The notes beneath the pieces are model-generated. The model made no database searches and was not told the origin of the DNA. It saw only the letters and a list, made by a program, of their open reading frames with translations. Positions 1 through 8,600 of a stretch of DNA of 60,532 nucleotides are shown here, in pieces. Position 1 is the first letter of the stretch. Every line of letters begins with the position of its first letter. The position numbers and the translations under genes are program-made. Source of the stretch: a virus; the IMG/VR virus record IMGVR_UViG_3300012349_000001, one strand, 5' to 3'.

Positions 1-123
1 AAATTTGACTTCGGAGGCCAATCGGTCAATATTCCCGGCAACGTGCAGAGTTGGATTGAAGCGGCGATGGCATTGACGGGTACACCTGGGAATTGGGCAG
101 GTCCCCTAGGCACCATCGCTATG
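1..123. repeat. terminal overlap, copy 1 (identical to 60410-60532)
   Basis: Bases 1-123 recur exactly at 60410-60532, giving a 60409-bp circular or terminally redundant unit. Confidence 0.95.
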
Positions 124-645
124 CATGAGAGCGGCGGTAACCCGAATGCTATCAACAGGACTGATAGCAATGCTCTTGCTGGTCATCCATCACAAGGCAT
201 TATGCAGATGATACCATCCACTTTTGCAGCCCACGCATTAAGCGGTCATGGAAACATCTTAAACCCGATAGACAATATTTCCAGCGCTGTGGGTTATATC
301 TTAGAACGCTATGGAGATGTATTTCATGTTCCGGGAGTTGAAGCAGTAGCAGCGGGAAAAAGCTATATAGGCTATTTCAATGGTGGTTCCATAAATGAGC
401 CTATTCTTGGAAAAGGGTTAAGAACAGGGGCAAATTATTCATTTGGAGAGAGGGGTCCTGAAACTGTAGTCCCGGGGTATTTACCATCAGGTATTAACTT
501 AGTTCAGCAGAATAGTCATGCAATGCCCCCAATCCATATCCATGTGCATCCCAACGACCTCAACATAGATAGCCGTAGGATGGCTAGGGCGTTGGCCCCA
601 GCCCTTACAGACGAGATTAGGTATCGGGTAGGTGCGACGATATGA
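43..645 (+). CDS. SLT-type lysozyme module belonging to the tape measure protein; frame is open from 60398 across the junction
   Basis: Motifs HESGGNPNAIN and GIMQMIPSTF, plus a GERGPETVVP tail motif. No SD before GTG 43. Lies in the -1 frame relative to the TMP ORF. Confidence 0.8.
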   Translation: MQSWIEAAMALTGTPGNWAGPLGTIAMHESGGNPNAINRTDSNALAGHPSQGIMQMIPSTFAAHALSGHGNILNPIDNISSAVGYILERYGDVFHVPGVEAVAAGKSYIGYFNGGSINEPILGKGLRTGANYSFGERGPETVVPGYLPSGINLVQQNSHAMPPIHIHVHPNDLNIDSRRMARALAPALTDEIRYRVGATI

Positions 646-691
646 GCATAACGTTAAAAAAGTCTGCCACTATAACGATAGGGGGTGAACT

Positions 692-2200
692 ATGCCCTAT
701 CGTGTAAGTGTCAACGGCTCCGACCAGCTTGTAGTACAGGGCTCCCTGAATGCCCAATCCTCAATAGGCAAACATGGGCAAGCTAATTTCACCCTCGAAA
801 CGGGAAGTGATATCCATTTCACACCATTAACTCAAGTCAGCGTCTATGACCAGAATAACGTCCTATCCTTTTCTGGATACATGAATGATCCGACCGAAAC
901 GCCCAACGGCTATAATGACCCGCTCGGATTTCATGGCTACATCAGGAATGCTATTACCTGCTCAGATCAATCTTGGCTCGCTTCTAAGAGGCGTGTAGCG
1001 GCGGCTTTCACAAATAAAACATGTGGCTACATGGCTCAATGGCTCCTTGACAATATCCTGAGTCAGGAAGGTGTAACGAGAGGTCAGATCTATGATGGAT
1101 TAACGCCCAGCGACACGTTGTATCCCAGCGACACGTTGTACCCGGGCGGGAACGTTGGATTGATCCCCCAGGCTATCTTTGGCTATTGCAAAGTCTCAGA
1201 AGCGCTAGACGCTCTTGCAAAAGCGGCTTCTGACTCTGGTGTCCCCTACTACTGGATGATAGATCAGAACAAACAGTTCTGGTTTGTTCCCTACACGACA
1301 GTTGTCAATAACACACTGATAGATGGTACGCTACAAGATACTATTAGTGTGAAATGGGCTAACCCGTCTTATAGAACTCAGCAAATAGTAAACGGGGGTG
1401 TAGCTCAGACGCTCTCGCAACCTGAAACGCGTAAAGGGGATGGCAGTTCTACAACCTGGACGATGCTCTTTGATCTTGCGACGGTTCCTACAATCACAGT
1501 CAATGGCACAGGCAAGACGGTAGGCATAGGAGGAGTTGATACTGGAAAAGACTTCTACTGGAATAAAGGCTCAAAAGTCATCACTCAGGACAGTAGTGCT
1601 ACGAAGCTCATAAGTACTGATACACTTGCGGTTACCTACATCGGTCAATATCCGAACACCATCATTAGCCAGAACGCGGCTCAAGTGGCTTACCAAGCTG
1701 GCATAGATGGAACGAGCGGCATCATTGAGGACTTGATCACGGACCCATCTCTCAATGATATGAATAGCGCTCTTGCAGAGGCCTCGTCCGCTCTTACGTT
1801 CTATGGACAACAGGGGGCTGCGCTCACATTCGATACGCTGCAACCTGGATTTGCGCCCGGTCAGCTCATCCCTGTCAACCTGCCTTGGCACGGTCTTAAT
1901 AATCAGCAGCTCTTAATCGAGAGTGTGATAGCCAGTGATCAGAGAGACGGTATAAACATCTACTACACGATAACAGCGGTACTTGGTGCTTACGACGTAA
2001 CTTGGGTGGACTTCTTCTCGAAACTGCTCAAAACACCACCACCTGCAAATAGTATTAATGTTGGCTCAAATCAGGATGTGAATATTCTTACTCAGCTTGC
2101 AGCAACGTTCGCACCTTCAGCTAATCTGAATATCACCGTTAATGCCTGTCCCATACCAAGCAACACTTTATATCCATCTGATACACTTTGGCCATGTTGA
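692..2200 (+). CDS. tail tip structural protein (distal-tail/baseplate type), 502 aa
   Basis: First ORF after the tape measure, with a G-rich SD before the ATG. Function is assigned by position only. Confidence 0.55.
   Translation: MPYRVSVNGSDQLVVQGSLNAQSSIGKHGQANFTLETGSDIHFTPLTQVSVYDQNNVLSFSGYMNDPTETPNGYNDPLGFHGYIRNAITCSDQSWLASKRRVAAAFTNKTCGYMAQWLLDNILSQEGVTRGQIYDGLTPSDTLYPSDTLYPGGNVGLIPQAIFGYCKVSEALDALAKAASDSGVPYYWMIDQNKQFWFVPYTTVVNNTLIDGTLQDTISVKWANPSYRTQQIVNGGVAQTLSQPETRKGDGSSTTWTMLFDLATVPTITVNGTGKTVGIGGVDTGKDFYWNKGSKVITQDSSATKLISTDTLAVTYIGQYPNTIISQNAAQVAYQAGIDGTSGIIEDLITDPSLNDMNSALAEASSALTFYGQQGAALTFDTLQPGFAPGQLIPVNLPWHGLNNQQLLIESVIASDQRDGINIYYTITAVLGAYDVTWVDFFSKLLKTPPPANSINVGSNQDVNILTQLAATFAPSANLNITVNACPIPSNTLYPSDTLWPC
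1106..1140 (+). repeat. tandem 18-nt repeat encoding PSDTLY-PSDTLY
   Basis: CCCAGCGACACGTTGTA occurs twice, 18 nt apart. A related NTLYPSDTLWP peptide closes the same ORF (2163-2197) using different codons. Confidence 0.9.
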
Positions 2201-2208
2201 GGTGATTT

Positions 2209-2598
2209 ATGCCAGTAGTAACTCTTACAATTGTAAATAGCGGCCATGGTCTCCTGGCTGATGGTCTCACAGGGGCCGACAATCCGAAGGCGATGTACTT
2301 CGCGCTTGGCACCGGGTCATCTACACCTATAGCGACACAAACGAAGCTTGATGTAGAAATATTCAGGAAGAAAGTGAGCAGTTTTAGCAATGGAGCGAAT
2401 GTAGGCGAAAGGCTCATTAATTGCTTCATAAGTGACACCGATGCTGTAGGTGTTTCAATCACCGAAGTAGCTGTTTTTGGTGGCAATAGCGCTACAAGTT
2501 TAGCTAACAGCGGAAAGATGATAGGGAGGGCTTTGTGGAGCCATCCAGGGAAGACCAATTTAGAAAGTATAACTTTGCAGCTAGATTCAACGACATAA
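2209..2598 (+). CDS. hypothetical tail-module protein, 129 aa
   Basis: ORF in the co-directional tail array; starts 9 nt after the previous stop. Confidence 0.6.
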   Translation: MPVVTLTIVNSGHGLLADGLTGADNPKAMYFALGTGSSTPIATQTKLDVEIFRKKVSSFSNGANVGERLINCFISDTDAVGVSITEVAVFGGNSATSLANSGKMIGRALWSHPGKTNLESITLQLDSTT

Positions 2599-2712
2599 AG
2601 GAGGTGTGATACGGGACAATATACAAAGATCGGGCCCTTCAATCAAGGGGGAGCGCCTGGAATCAATAAAACATTTCTTGATGGGGTTGAAAATGCGCTA
2701 CAAGCTGGGGGT

Positions 2713-3054
2713 ATGACGTATTTCATCACGCCGTACCATTTGACGACAAACCCAACGGTCAATAGTGGCGCAACACGCGACCAAACTTGTACGGGTGTTG
2801 GTGGTATCCCATCAGGCGCTCTTGCTGTCTGGGTTGCGATCTCTATCACGTGTAGCGCGGCTGCTACCTCGCTCAGCTTGTATCCTACCGGAGGTTCTGC
2901 AACGGGATACCCACAGGTTAGTGCGCCTGTTGCTAGCCAATTCTTTGAAACAGCTATCCTTATCCCACTCAGCGCAGGAGGACAATTTACAGCCAAATCA
3001 AACGGAGGGAACACAGTCATGCAAGACTGGTACATCTATGCTTATGTCATCTAA
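2713..3054 (+). CDS. tail fibre-like protein; coding signal probably begins upstream near 2599-2611
   Basis: First ATG is at 2713. The same frame is open from 2599 and encodes TGQYTKIGPFNQGGAPGINKTFLDGVENAL behind SD AAGGAGG (2598-2604). Confidence 0.6.
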   Translation: MTYFITPYHLTTNPTVNSGATRDQTCTGVGGIPSGALAVWVAISITCSAAATSLSLYPTGGSATGYPQVSAPVASQFFETAILIPLSAGGQFTAKSNGGNTVMQDWYIYAYVI

Positions 3055-3154
3055 ACGGCATGGCAAAGAATAGCGATATACCAACGATAAGGAGCAAGAG
3101 CGCAAGAAAGATGACATTTAGAGCGACTTTGGAACATTTGATAAGCTGAAGCAT
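3047..3154 (-). CDS. 35-aa hydrophobic peptide MLQLIKCSKVALNVIFLALLLLIVGISLFFAMPFR (paralog of 24239-24340)
   Basis: ATG preceded by GAAAGGAAA. Single predicted TM segment. Antisense to the tail genes. A second copy shares the ending IVG..FAMPFR. Confidence 0.55.
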   Translation of the reverse strand: MLQLIKCSKVALNVIFLALLLLIVGISLFFAMPFR

Positions 3155-3223
3155 AGCAATATTTCCTTTCTTCGATGTTAAACGGGTGGGAAGGGGAAAT
3201 ATAACTTATACAAGAAGGGAGCC

Positions 3224-4279
3224 ATGACAGCAAGTAACAATTATTACGGTTTTGTCGGCTTTCTTAGCCCGGCATATGCCTTTACACTTTACGATCAAAA
3301 TGGGTCACCATTGAATCTGACAGGTGTTGACGCTGCAACCATGGCATTTGAGTTGTTTGATATCAACGCACGCACAACAATACGCGGAAGCGGGACAATC
3401 ACCATTGTCAATGCTTCTCAAGGACTTGTCAGTTATCAATGGACATTTCAAGACTATGAGGCAATTTCAATTGCAAATTATAGAGCATATGCGACTGCAA
3501 AATTGCCAGGAGAAGCCGGGCCGCGTGCCTTTTTAGTTGGCACTGTTCTATTTGCTACTTTCCCAGGAGGTGCACCAGTGGCCGTACAAGATGTCAATCT
3601 CGACCAAGTAAATGGTCAAAATGTCCCCACTACCGTAAATGGTATCTCAGTTCCTAACGGGACGGTTCCAGTTGTAGTGGTAGTTCCATCAAGAGTAAAT
3701 GCGCAGTCAGGTGATTTTGCTGCTGGGGCCATAGCAGATCTCGCAACGCTTTTAGCTCTTGCAGGCACTTCAGGAGATGCCAACACCGTCAATAGCTTGA
3801 TGGGCAGGTTGACGAAGCTCAGGGACTTGCTGAGCGCATCACTTGCAGTCAATCTTGATGCGACAAACTCAACACATCTAGGCAATATCGATACTGCTAC
3901 CAGTGACCTCGTAGCCGATCTGGACACGCTCATCACGAACACAGGGAGAATACCAGCCTCTCCTGCTCAGGAAGGAGGCAATCTTGCCACGCTCATCCCT
4001 GGTGTGCAGGGATGGATCGCTGCTACAGGTCCCGGGACAGCAGGCCAGGATAACGCTCTCGCCTTTGCGCAACAAGTGCGTAAAATTGCACTCTACAATG
4101 CGAGTCCAAACAATGTGCCTCTTGAATTTGACCAGACAGCAGCGGCAACCTCTTTTCCCATTCCACCCGGGGCATTCTGGATTATCGATGGCGCTCTCTG
4201 CACTAATGTGCATGTGTTCCCATCGGTCACATTGCCAATTAACACGACCAGTGGTCTCTATGTGAAAGGATGGAAGTGA
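3224..4279 (+). CDS. tail fibre/baseplate-associated protein, 351 aa
   Basis: SD GAAGGGAG before the ATG; lies in the tail array. Function by position. Confidence 0.5.
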   Translation: MTASNNYYGFVGFLSPAYAFTLYDQNGSPLNLTGVDAATMAFELFDINARTTIRGSGTITIVNASQGLVSYQWTFQDYEAISIANYRAYATAKLPGEAGPRAFLVGTVLFATFPGGAPVAVQDVNLDQVNGQNVPTTVNGISVPNGTVPVVVVVPSRVNAQSGDFAAGAIADLATLLALAGTSGDANTVNSLMGRLTKLRDLLSASLAVNLDATNSTHLGNIDTATSDLVADLDTLITNTGRIPASPAQEGGNLATLIPGVQGWIAATGPGTAGQDNALAFAQQVRKIALYNASPNNVPLEFDQTAAATSFPIPPGAFWIIDGALCTNVHVFPSVTLPINTTSGLYVKGWK

Positions 4280-5790
4280 TGAGTCAACTTAATCCATCCC
4301 CAAAGCTACTGAATGGCAATGTGGGGATCAACACACCCTCTCCGGGCGAGGCTTTAGAGGTTGGGGCTACTACCTCAACACCAGGGCGCTTGAAGCTTAA
4401 CTCCTATCTTGAGACTGATTCAGCGGGCTCAGCCGAGGTATTGCGTATCTTTTTCAATACTCCAGCGAATTTAAATGGGAACGCTGCAAAGGCCGCGATA
4501 GCATGGTTCGATGCCTCGGTATCCACCACACAGTCAAAGGTCTGGGCGCAAGCACACGATTATCTGCACTTCTATAATCCTGTAACATTCGCTCCAAGTG
4601 CAGTCAACACGGGTACGGGCGTCATCACACTCCCTGCACAGAATGACGCTTATGTTGACAAATATCAGGTACAATTTAGCTCAAGTGGTACGCTTCCGGG
4701 TGGCCTATCGCCTGCCACTAACTATTACCTCAAACTCCTGACTTCAACGACATTTCAAATTTACAACGATTATGGACTGACGAGCCAAGTCACTTTGACG
4801 ACGCAAGGCACAGGCACGCATACTATCACGCCTAATAACGATTTTTGCAGCACTGATGGCGTGATATTCAACAGACATCGCCACTTCTCGATAGAAGTCT
4901 CTAAAGCTGATGGGCAGACAAAAACGAGTCGTTTTAGCATACCATTCGACTATGACACAACTGAGATTTCTACGTTTAGTGCCAATTTCAACGTTAATGC
5001 AGGTCTTAGCCGGATCGTGGGCGCACAGTCCAGTGACAAGCAACTGCAATTCGGGAATGCGCCGACTCCGAATCCGCGAGAGCCTGATGGGACAAATATC
5101 CGCTGGATTGTAAAGCAGGACAATGTTAGTGAAGCTGGCTCCAACGCTGGCTCAAACTTGCGGATCATTCCATGCAACGATTCCGGCGTGGCTCAAGCAT
5201 CCGCCTTGTATATCCAGCGATCCAGTGGCTTCGTTGGACTTGGTGGGAATAGCAGTCCGGGTGTACTACTGGATATTGGTGTTTTCTCGGCTGGTGGTGT
5301 GACAACACAGGCTCGAATAAATCGCGGCAATAACGTATCTCAGCAGGCACAACTACTATTCTCGACTGGCGGAGCAAACCAATGGTCTACTGGGATACGC
5401 AATGATAGTACCGAAAACTATCAGATCAGGGATAGCGTCAACTTCCGTAACCATCTTGTGTGTTATTTGACGCAAGGCATCACACAATTAGCATTAGGAT
5501 TTGCCAAGGCACTTACCACCAAATCAGGCAATTATACGGCGACCAACCAAGACCATAACATTCTGGTGGACGCTACGAGCACCGCTATCACTATCACTCT
5601 TCCCACAGCAGCCACATTAGCTGGTCAAGAGTTTCTGATAAAGGACTGGAAGGGCCAAGCTGCAACGCGCAATATCACCATTGCCACCACATCAGCGCAG
5701 ACGATTGATGGTGCTTCAACCAACGTTATCAATGCAAATTACGGGAAAGTACGTGTGGTGAGTGATGGTGCGAACTGGGCAACCATTTAG
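4270..5790 (+). CDS. tail fibre / receptor-binding candidate, 506 aa
   Basis: Overlaps the previous stop. Gly/Ser/Thr/Asn-rich with a beta-rich C-terminal region, as is usual for fibres. Confidence 0.5.
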   Translation: MEVMSQLNPSPKLLNGNVGINTPSPGEALEVGATTSTPGRLKLNSYLETDSAGSAEVLRIFFNTPANLNGNAAKAAIAWFDASVSTTQSKVWAQAHDYLHFYNPVTFAPSAVNTGTGVITLPAQNDAYVDKYQVQFSSSGTLPGGLSPATNYYLKLLTSTTFQIYNDYGLTSQVTLTTQGTGTHTITPNNDFCSTDGVIFNRHRHFSIEVSKADGQTKTSRFSIPFDYDTTEISTFSANFNVNAGLSRIVGAQSSDKQLQFGNAPTPNPREPDGTNIRWIVKQDNVSEAGSNAGSNLRIIPCNDSGVAQASALYIQRSSGFVGLGGNSSPGVLLDIGVFSAGGVTTQARINRGNNVSQQAQLLFSTGGANQWSTGIRNDSTENYQIRDSVNFRNHLVCYLTQGITQLALGFAKALTTKSGNYTATNQDHNILVDATSTAITITLPTAATLAGQEFLIKDWKGQAATRNITIATTSAQTIDGASTNVINANYGKVRVVSDGANWATI

Positions 5791-5804
5791 AAAGGAAAAG
5801 GACA

Positions 5805-5996
5805 ATGCAGGAGACAATGGAAACGGACCTTTCCACAATAACCAATATTATGGAGTTGAAGGCCCATAAAGCCGACCAATATGACATCTTGGAGAATGCG
5901 AATAGGCAAATCCGAATAGCAGAGATGAACATTCAGGCTATCAACACGCGGATTGCACAACTACAACACCAGCAAGAGAAAGAAAAGGAGGTTTAG
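5805..5996 (+). CDS. small coiled-coil protein, 63 aa
   Basis: SD GAAAGGAAAAGG before the ATG. Heptad-like sequence. Sits between the fibre and the endolysin. Confidence 0.5.
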   Translation: MQETMETDLSTITNIMELKAHKADQYDILENANRQIRIAEMNIQAINTRIAQLQHQQEKEKEV

Positions 5997-6803
5997 ATGT
6001 CAGATTATAGCAAGGCACTATGGATACCGAACAACAACTATTTCCCTAATACAGGCAAGAAGAGCTTCTTGATACTTCACTCTACTGCCGGGGGCTCGTC
6101 TGCTCAGGAGATAGCCAACTACTTCAAAGGTACTGAGGGCTCAAACAATCCCGTCTCAAGTCATTATGTGATTGGGAAGGATGGTACAGTCATTCAAACT
6201 GTACGGGAAGCTGACGGCGCATGGGGGAACGGTGTCGTAACTAACTCAAACTGGACTGGAAACCCAAATCTGTATACTATCAGCATAGAGCATGTGAAGA
6301 GCAGCACAGACAATTCAGAGCCTCTTACACCTGCTCAGCAAGCGGCATCTTTCGCACTTATCAAAGACATCTGCCAACGGAACGGGATAGGGATGCATGA
6401 TGCTGATAATACAACAGGCATCACTGGTCACTTTAGTATTGACCCGGTAAATAGGGCAAGATGTCCAGGTAACTTTGATTTTAATGCTTTATGGGCATAT
6501 CTATCAGGAGGAACACCAGTGGCAAACACACAACCAACACCTTCTCAGCTCAAATCAGCTCAAGACTCGTGGGACAGCGTGCTCAAGAGTACACCGGCTG
6601 GGCCAGCACCAAAGGGGACTGGCATTTACCAGGCGTGGGTAGCTGCTCTTGTGGTGTCTGGCAAGTTCTACGGTCCTCCACTAACCCGCGAGTATGACTC
6701 TGTAGATTGGAATGGCAACAAAATCACGGTCCAGGAATTTGCACATGCTAGATGTGAGTGGAACGGATCTGCCAATTGGTACGATGCACACGGGAAGATT
6801 TGA
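5997..6803 (+). CDS. endolysin, N-acetylmuramoyl-L-alanine amidase (Amidase_2/PGRP-like) with a C-terminal extra domain
   Basis: Motifs FLILHSTAGG, SSHYVIGKDGTV, DGAWGNG and YTISIEHV. Confidence 0.8.
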   Translation: MSDYSKALWIPNNNYFPNTGKKSFLILHSTAGGSSAQEIANYFKGTEGSNNPVSSHYVIGKDGTVIQTVREADGAWGNGVVTNSNWTGNPNLYTISIEHVKSSTDNSEPLTPAQQAASFALIKDICQRNGIGMHDADNTTGITGHFSIDPVNRARCPGNFDFNALWAYLSGGTPVANTQPTPSQLKSAQDSWDSVLKSTPAGPAPKGTGIYQAWVAALVVSGKFYGPPLTREYDSVDWNGNKITVQEFAHARCEWNGSANWYDAHGKI

Positions 6804-6811
6804 GGAATGAT

Positions 6812-7171
6812 ATGAACCAAACGATCAATACGATCATCTTCATCTTTGGGGTATTCATCGCTGTCTTTGCAGCATTGTACATCATCTATATCATCAAGCA
6901 GAAGCTTCCTGAGCATATACGCGTGGCTCTAGAGCAGTTCGCTCGGCAATCTGTCTTTCAAGTTGAGCAGACGAGTGGGACTCTTTCCGGGCCAGCAAAG
7001 AAGCAACTAGCTGTTACGGCTGTGATGAAGCTCTTTGAAGCGTTTAGCTTGCCTGCTCCACCTCTGGTAGCCATAGACATAGCTATAGAGGCTGCTGTGT
7101 ACCTGCTCTCAAAGGTGACCGTGGTCGAGAGCAACGAAAAGCCTCAGATTGAAGCACCTAAGCAGGGATAG
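6812..7171 (+). CDS. holin-like membrane protein, 119 aa
   Basis: N-terminal TM segment TIIFIFGVFIAVFAALYIIYII. Immediately follows the endolysin. Confidence 0.6.
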   Translation: MNQTINTIIFIFGVFIAVFAALYIIYIIKQKLPEHIRVALEQFARQSVFQVEQTSGTLSGPAKKQLAVTAVMKLFEAFSLPAPPLVAIDIAIEAAVYLLSKVTVVESNEKPQIEAPKQG

Positions 7172-7173
7172 CT

Positions 7174-7527
7174 ATGAACGCGATTGCTCAGGGACTGAAT
7201 GCGAATGCTGGCATATTCAGCATGCTCATTGTCTGCCTTAGTGCATGGTATGCCGTAAAAGCCATGTCTAAGAGCAAGGCGAATGAGGATGTGAACAATG
7301 CACAGCAGAGGCTAATGAGCACGATGAAGGATGAAATTGATGGATTGCGTAGAAAGGTAGATGATACGGCAAAGGATAACACACGGCTAAGGCAGACGAT
7401 AGATACAATGTGCTCTGCTCTGAAGAAACAGGGGCTTATTATCACGATTGATGGGGATTTGATTATTATAGGCAATAGCAAGGGAGATAATACGATAGCG
7501 CGTATTCAGGAGCAAATCGTCTCATGA
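7174..7527 (+). CDS. membrane-anchored coiled-coil protein (lysis accessory candidate), 117 aa
   Basis: One N-terminal TM segment followed by a charged helical region. Last gene of the + strand late block. Confidence 0.5.
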   Translation: MNAIAQGLNANAGIFSMLIVCLSAWYAVKAMSKSKANEDVNNAQQRLMSTMKDEIDGLRRKVDDTAKDNTRLRQTIDTMCSALKKQGLIITIDGDLIIIGNSKGDNTIARIQEQIVS

Positions 7528-7557
7528 AAGAGCCCCGAGTTGTTCACCGGGGCCTAA

Positions 7558-7691
7558 AGTACCCTACCAGCGGGTCGTATTGGATTAAGTAGAGAGTATA
7601 TCCCTATGCAGTTGCAGTACCCTCTAACGGGTCAATAGTGTGCAGTATCCAAGTCGAAAATGGATGGTGTTGCAGTACCCTCCAACGGGCT
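7558..7691. repeat. three ~18-19-nt direct repeats AGTACCCTnnnAnCGGGyy spaced 58 bp apart
   Basis: Copies at 7558-7576, 7616-7633 and 7674-7691. Copies 2 and 3 also share the GTTGC prefix. Located in the 236-bp gap between convergent modules. Confidence 0.85.
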
Positions 7692-7763
7692 AGATATTAG
7701 TATACCAGCAAGACCTAACCCTGGCAAGCCTGTCTCTCTAACAAGCTTGCCACTCTGGGATAA

Positions 7764-8069
7764 TTATCTTTGTGAAGGTTCAGGCACTTTCTCTTTGTAC
7801 TGAGCAAAGAGCACTGCCATCATAGCACGGTCGTACTCCTCTTCTTCAAGAGCAACGTAGTATACATATCGGAAGCTAGCTGGAAGTTGAAATTTTCCCT
7901 GTTCAATCCCTTCCCACTTGCACATTTCTATGATCTTGCCTGTTCTCCCTGACCAATTGTCCAAGGCAAATTGTATTGCCTCTTTGTGCTCCGGTGCTTC
8001 TAGAATTTCGTCATGCAGCACCTCGCCAGTTTCAGGATTTTGGAACCTGACTTCGATCACTTGAGCCAT
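7764..8069 (-). CDS. hypothetical protein, 101 aa
   Basis: ORF whose start overlaps the stop of the upstream - strand gene. Confidence 0.6.
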   Translation of the reverse strand: MAQVIEVRFQNPETGEVLHDEILEAPEHKEAIQFALDNWSGRTGKIIEMCKWEGIEQGKFQLPASFRYVYYVALEEEEYDRAMMAVLFAQYKEKVPEPSQR

Positions 8070-8485
8070 TATTCATCCTCCCCTACTGGCTCCCAATCCT
8101 GGTCAAGAAGCCCTTTTTCTTGGATGACCTTTACGGCAGCCTCAATACTAGATACTTCCTGATGCTCATTTGCTGGCATACCTTGTACACCAGTCTTGAT
8201 AGTGTATGTGCCATCCAAGAGACTGCCATCTACTACGGTGTACATGTTGTTGTACTCTGTTCTTGCAGTAGAGTACTCACTCTCTCCAATTGCTTGCTGA
8301 AGAGTCACAATACCGTTGAGTTGTCTTACACGTCTATGGGCGTTCTGCCGATGCTTATAGACTTTCCCGTAGTCAGCAGGACGAGAGTTACCGTCCTCTC
8401 CGAGGAACATGATTGACCATCCGCCGACAGTCTGATAAGCCTTGTAGGTCCCTGGTTGGTGATTAACGAAAATTGTTGTAGACAT
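8069..8485 (-). CDS. hypothetical protein, 138 aa
   Basis: First gene downstream of the consensus promoter at 8536-8564; SD GAAAGGA. Confidence 0.65.
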   Translation of the reverse strand: MSTTIFVNHQPGTYKAYQTVGGWSIMFLGEDGNSRPADYGKVYKHRQNAHRRVRQLNGIVTLQQAIGESEYSTARTEYNNMYTVVDGSLLDGTYTIKTGVQGMPANEHQEVSSIEAAVKVIQEKGLLDQDWEPVGEDE

Positions 8486-8535
8486 TTATTTGGTCCTTTC
8501 TTGTTTCAAGTGTCATCATTATTGGTGACAGTGAT

Positions 8536-8564
8536 AGTATACTTGACATCTACAATGATGTCAA
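8536..8564 (-). promoter_or_regulatory. sigma70-type promoter TTGACA-N17-TATACT with a 9-bp inverted repeat
   Basis: -35 at 8559-8564 and -10 at 8536-8541 (on the - strand). CTTGACATC (8542-8550) and GATGTCAAG (8557-8565) form a perfect inverted repeat. Confidence 0.7.
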
Positions 8565-8600
8565 GGCTTTTTCAGACCAATTTCTATGAGATTTCAAACA

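Noticed and set aside
43-45. GTG 43 as an independent start for a 200-aa lysozyme protein.
   Set aside because: No SD lies upstream. The frame is already open 15 codons earlier across the junction and encodes TMP-like sequence. The protein reads as a C-terminal TMP module.
1571-3035. - strand ORFs 1571-1891, 2139-2642 and 2643-3035 opposite the tail genes.
   Set aside because: They overlap well-supported + strand structural genes almost completely, have no SDs and look junk-like in composition.
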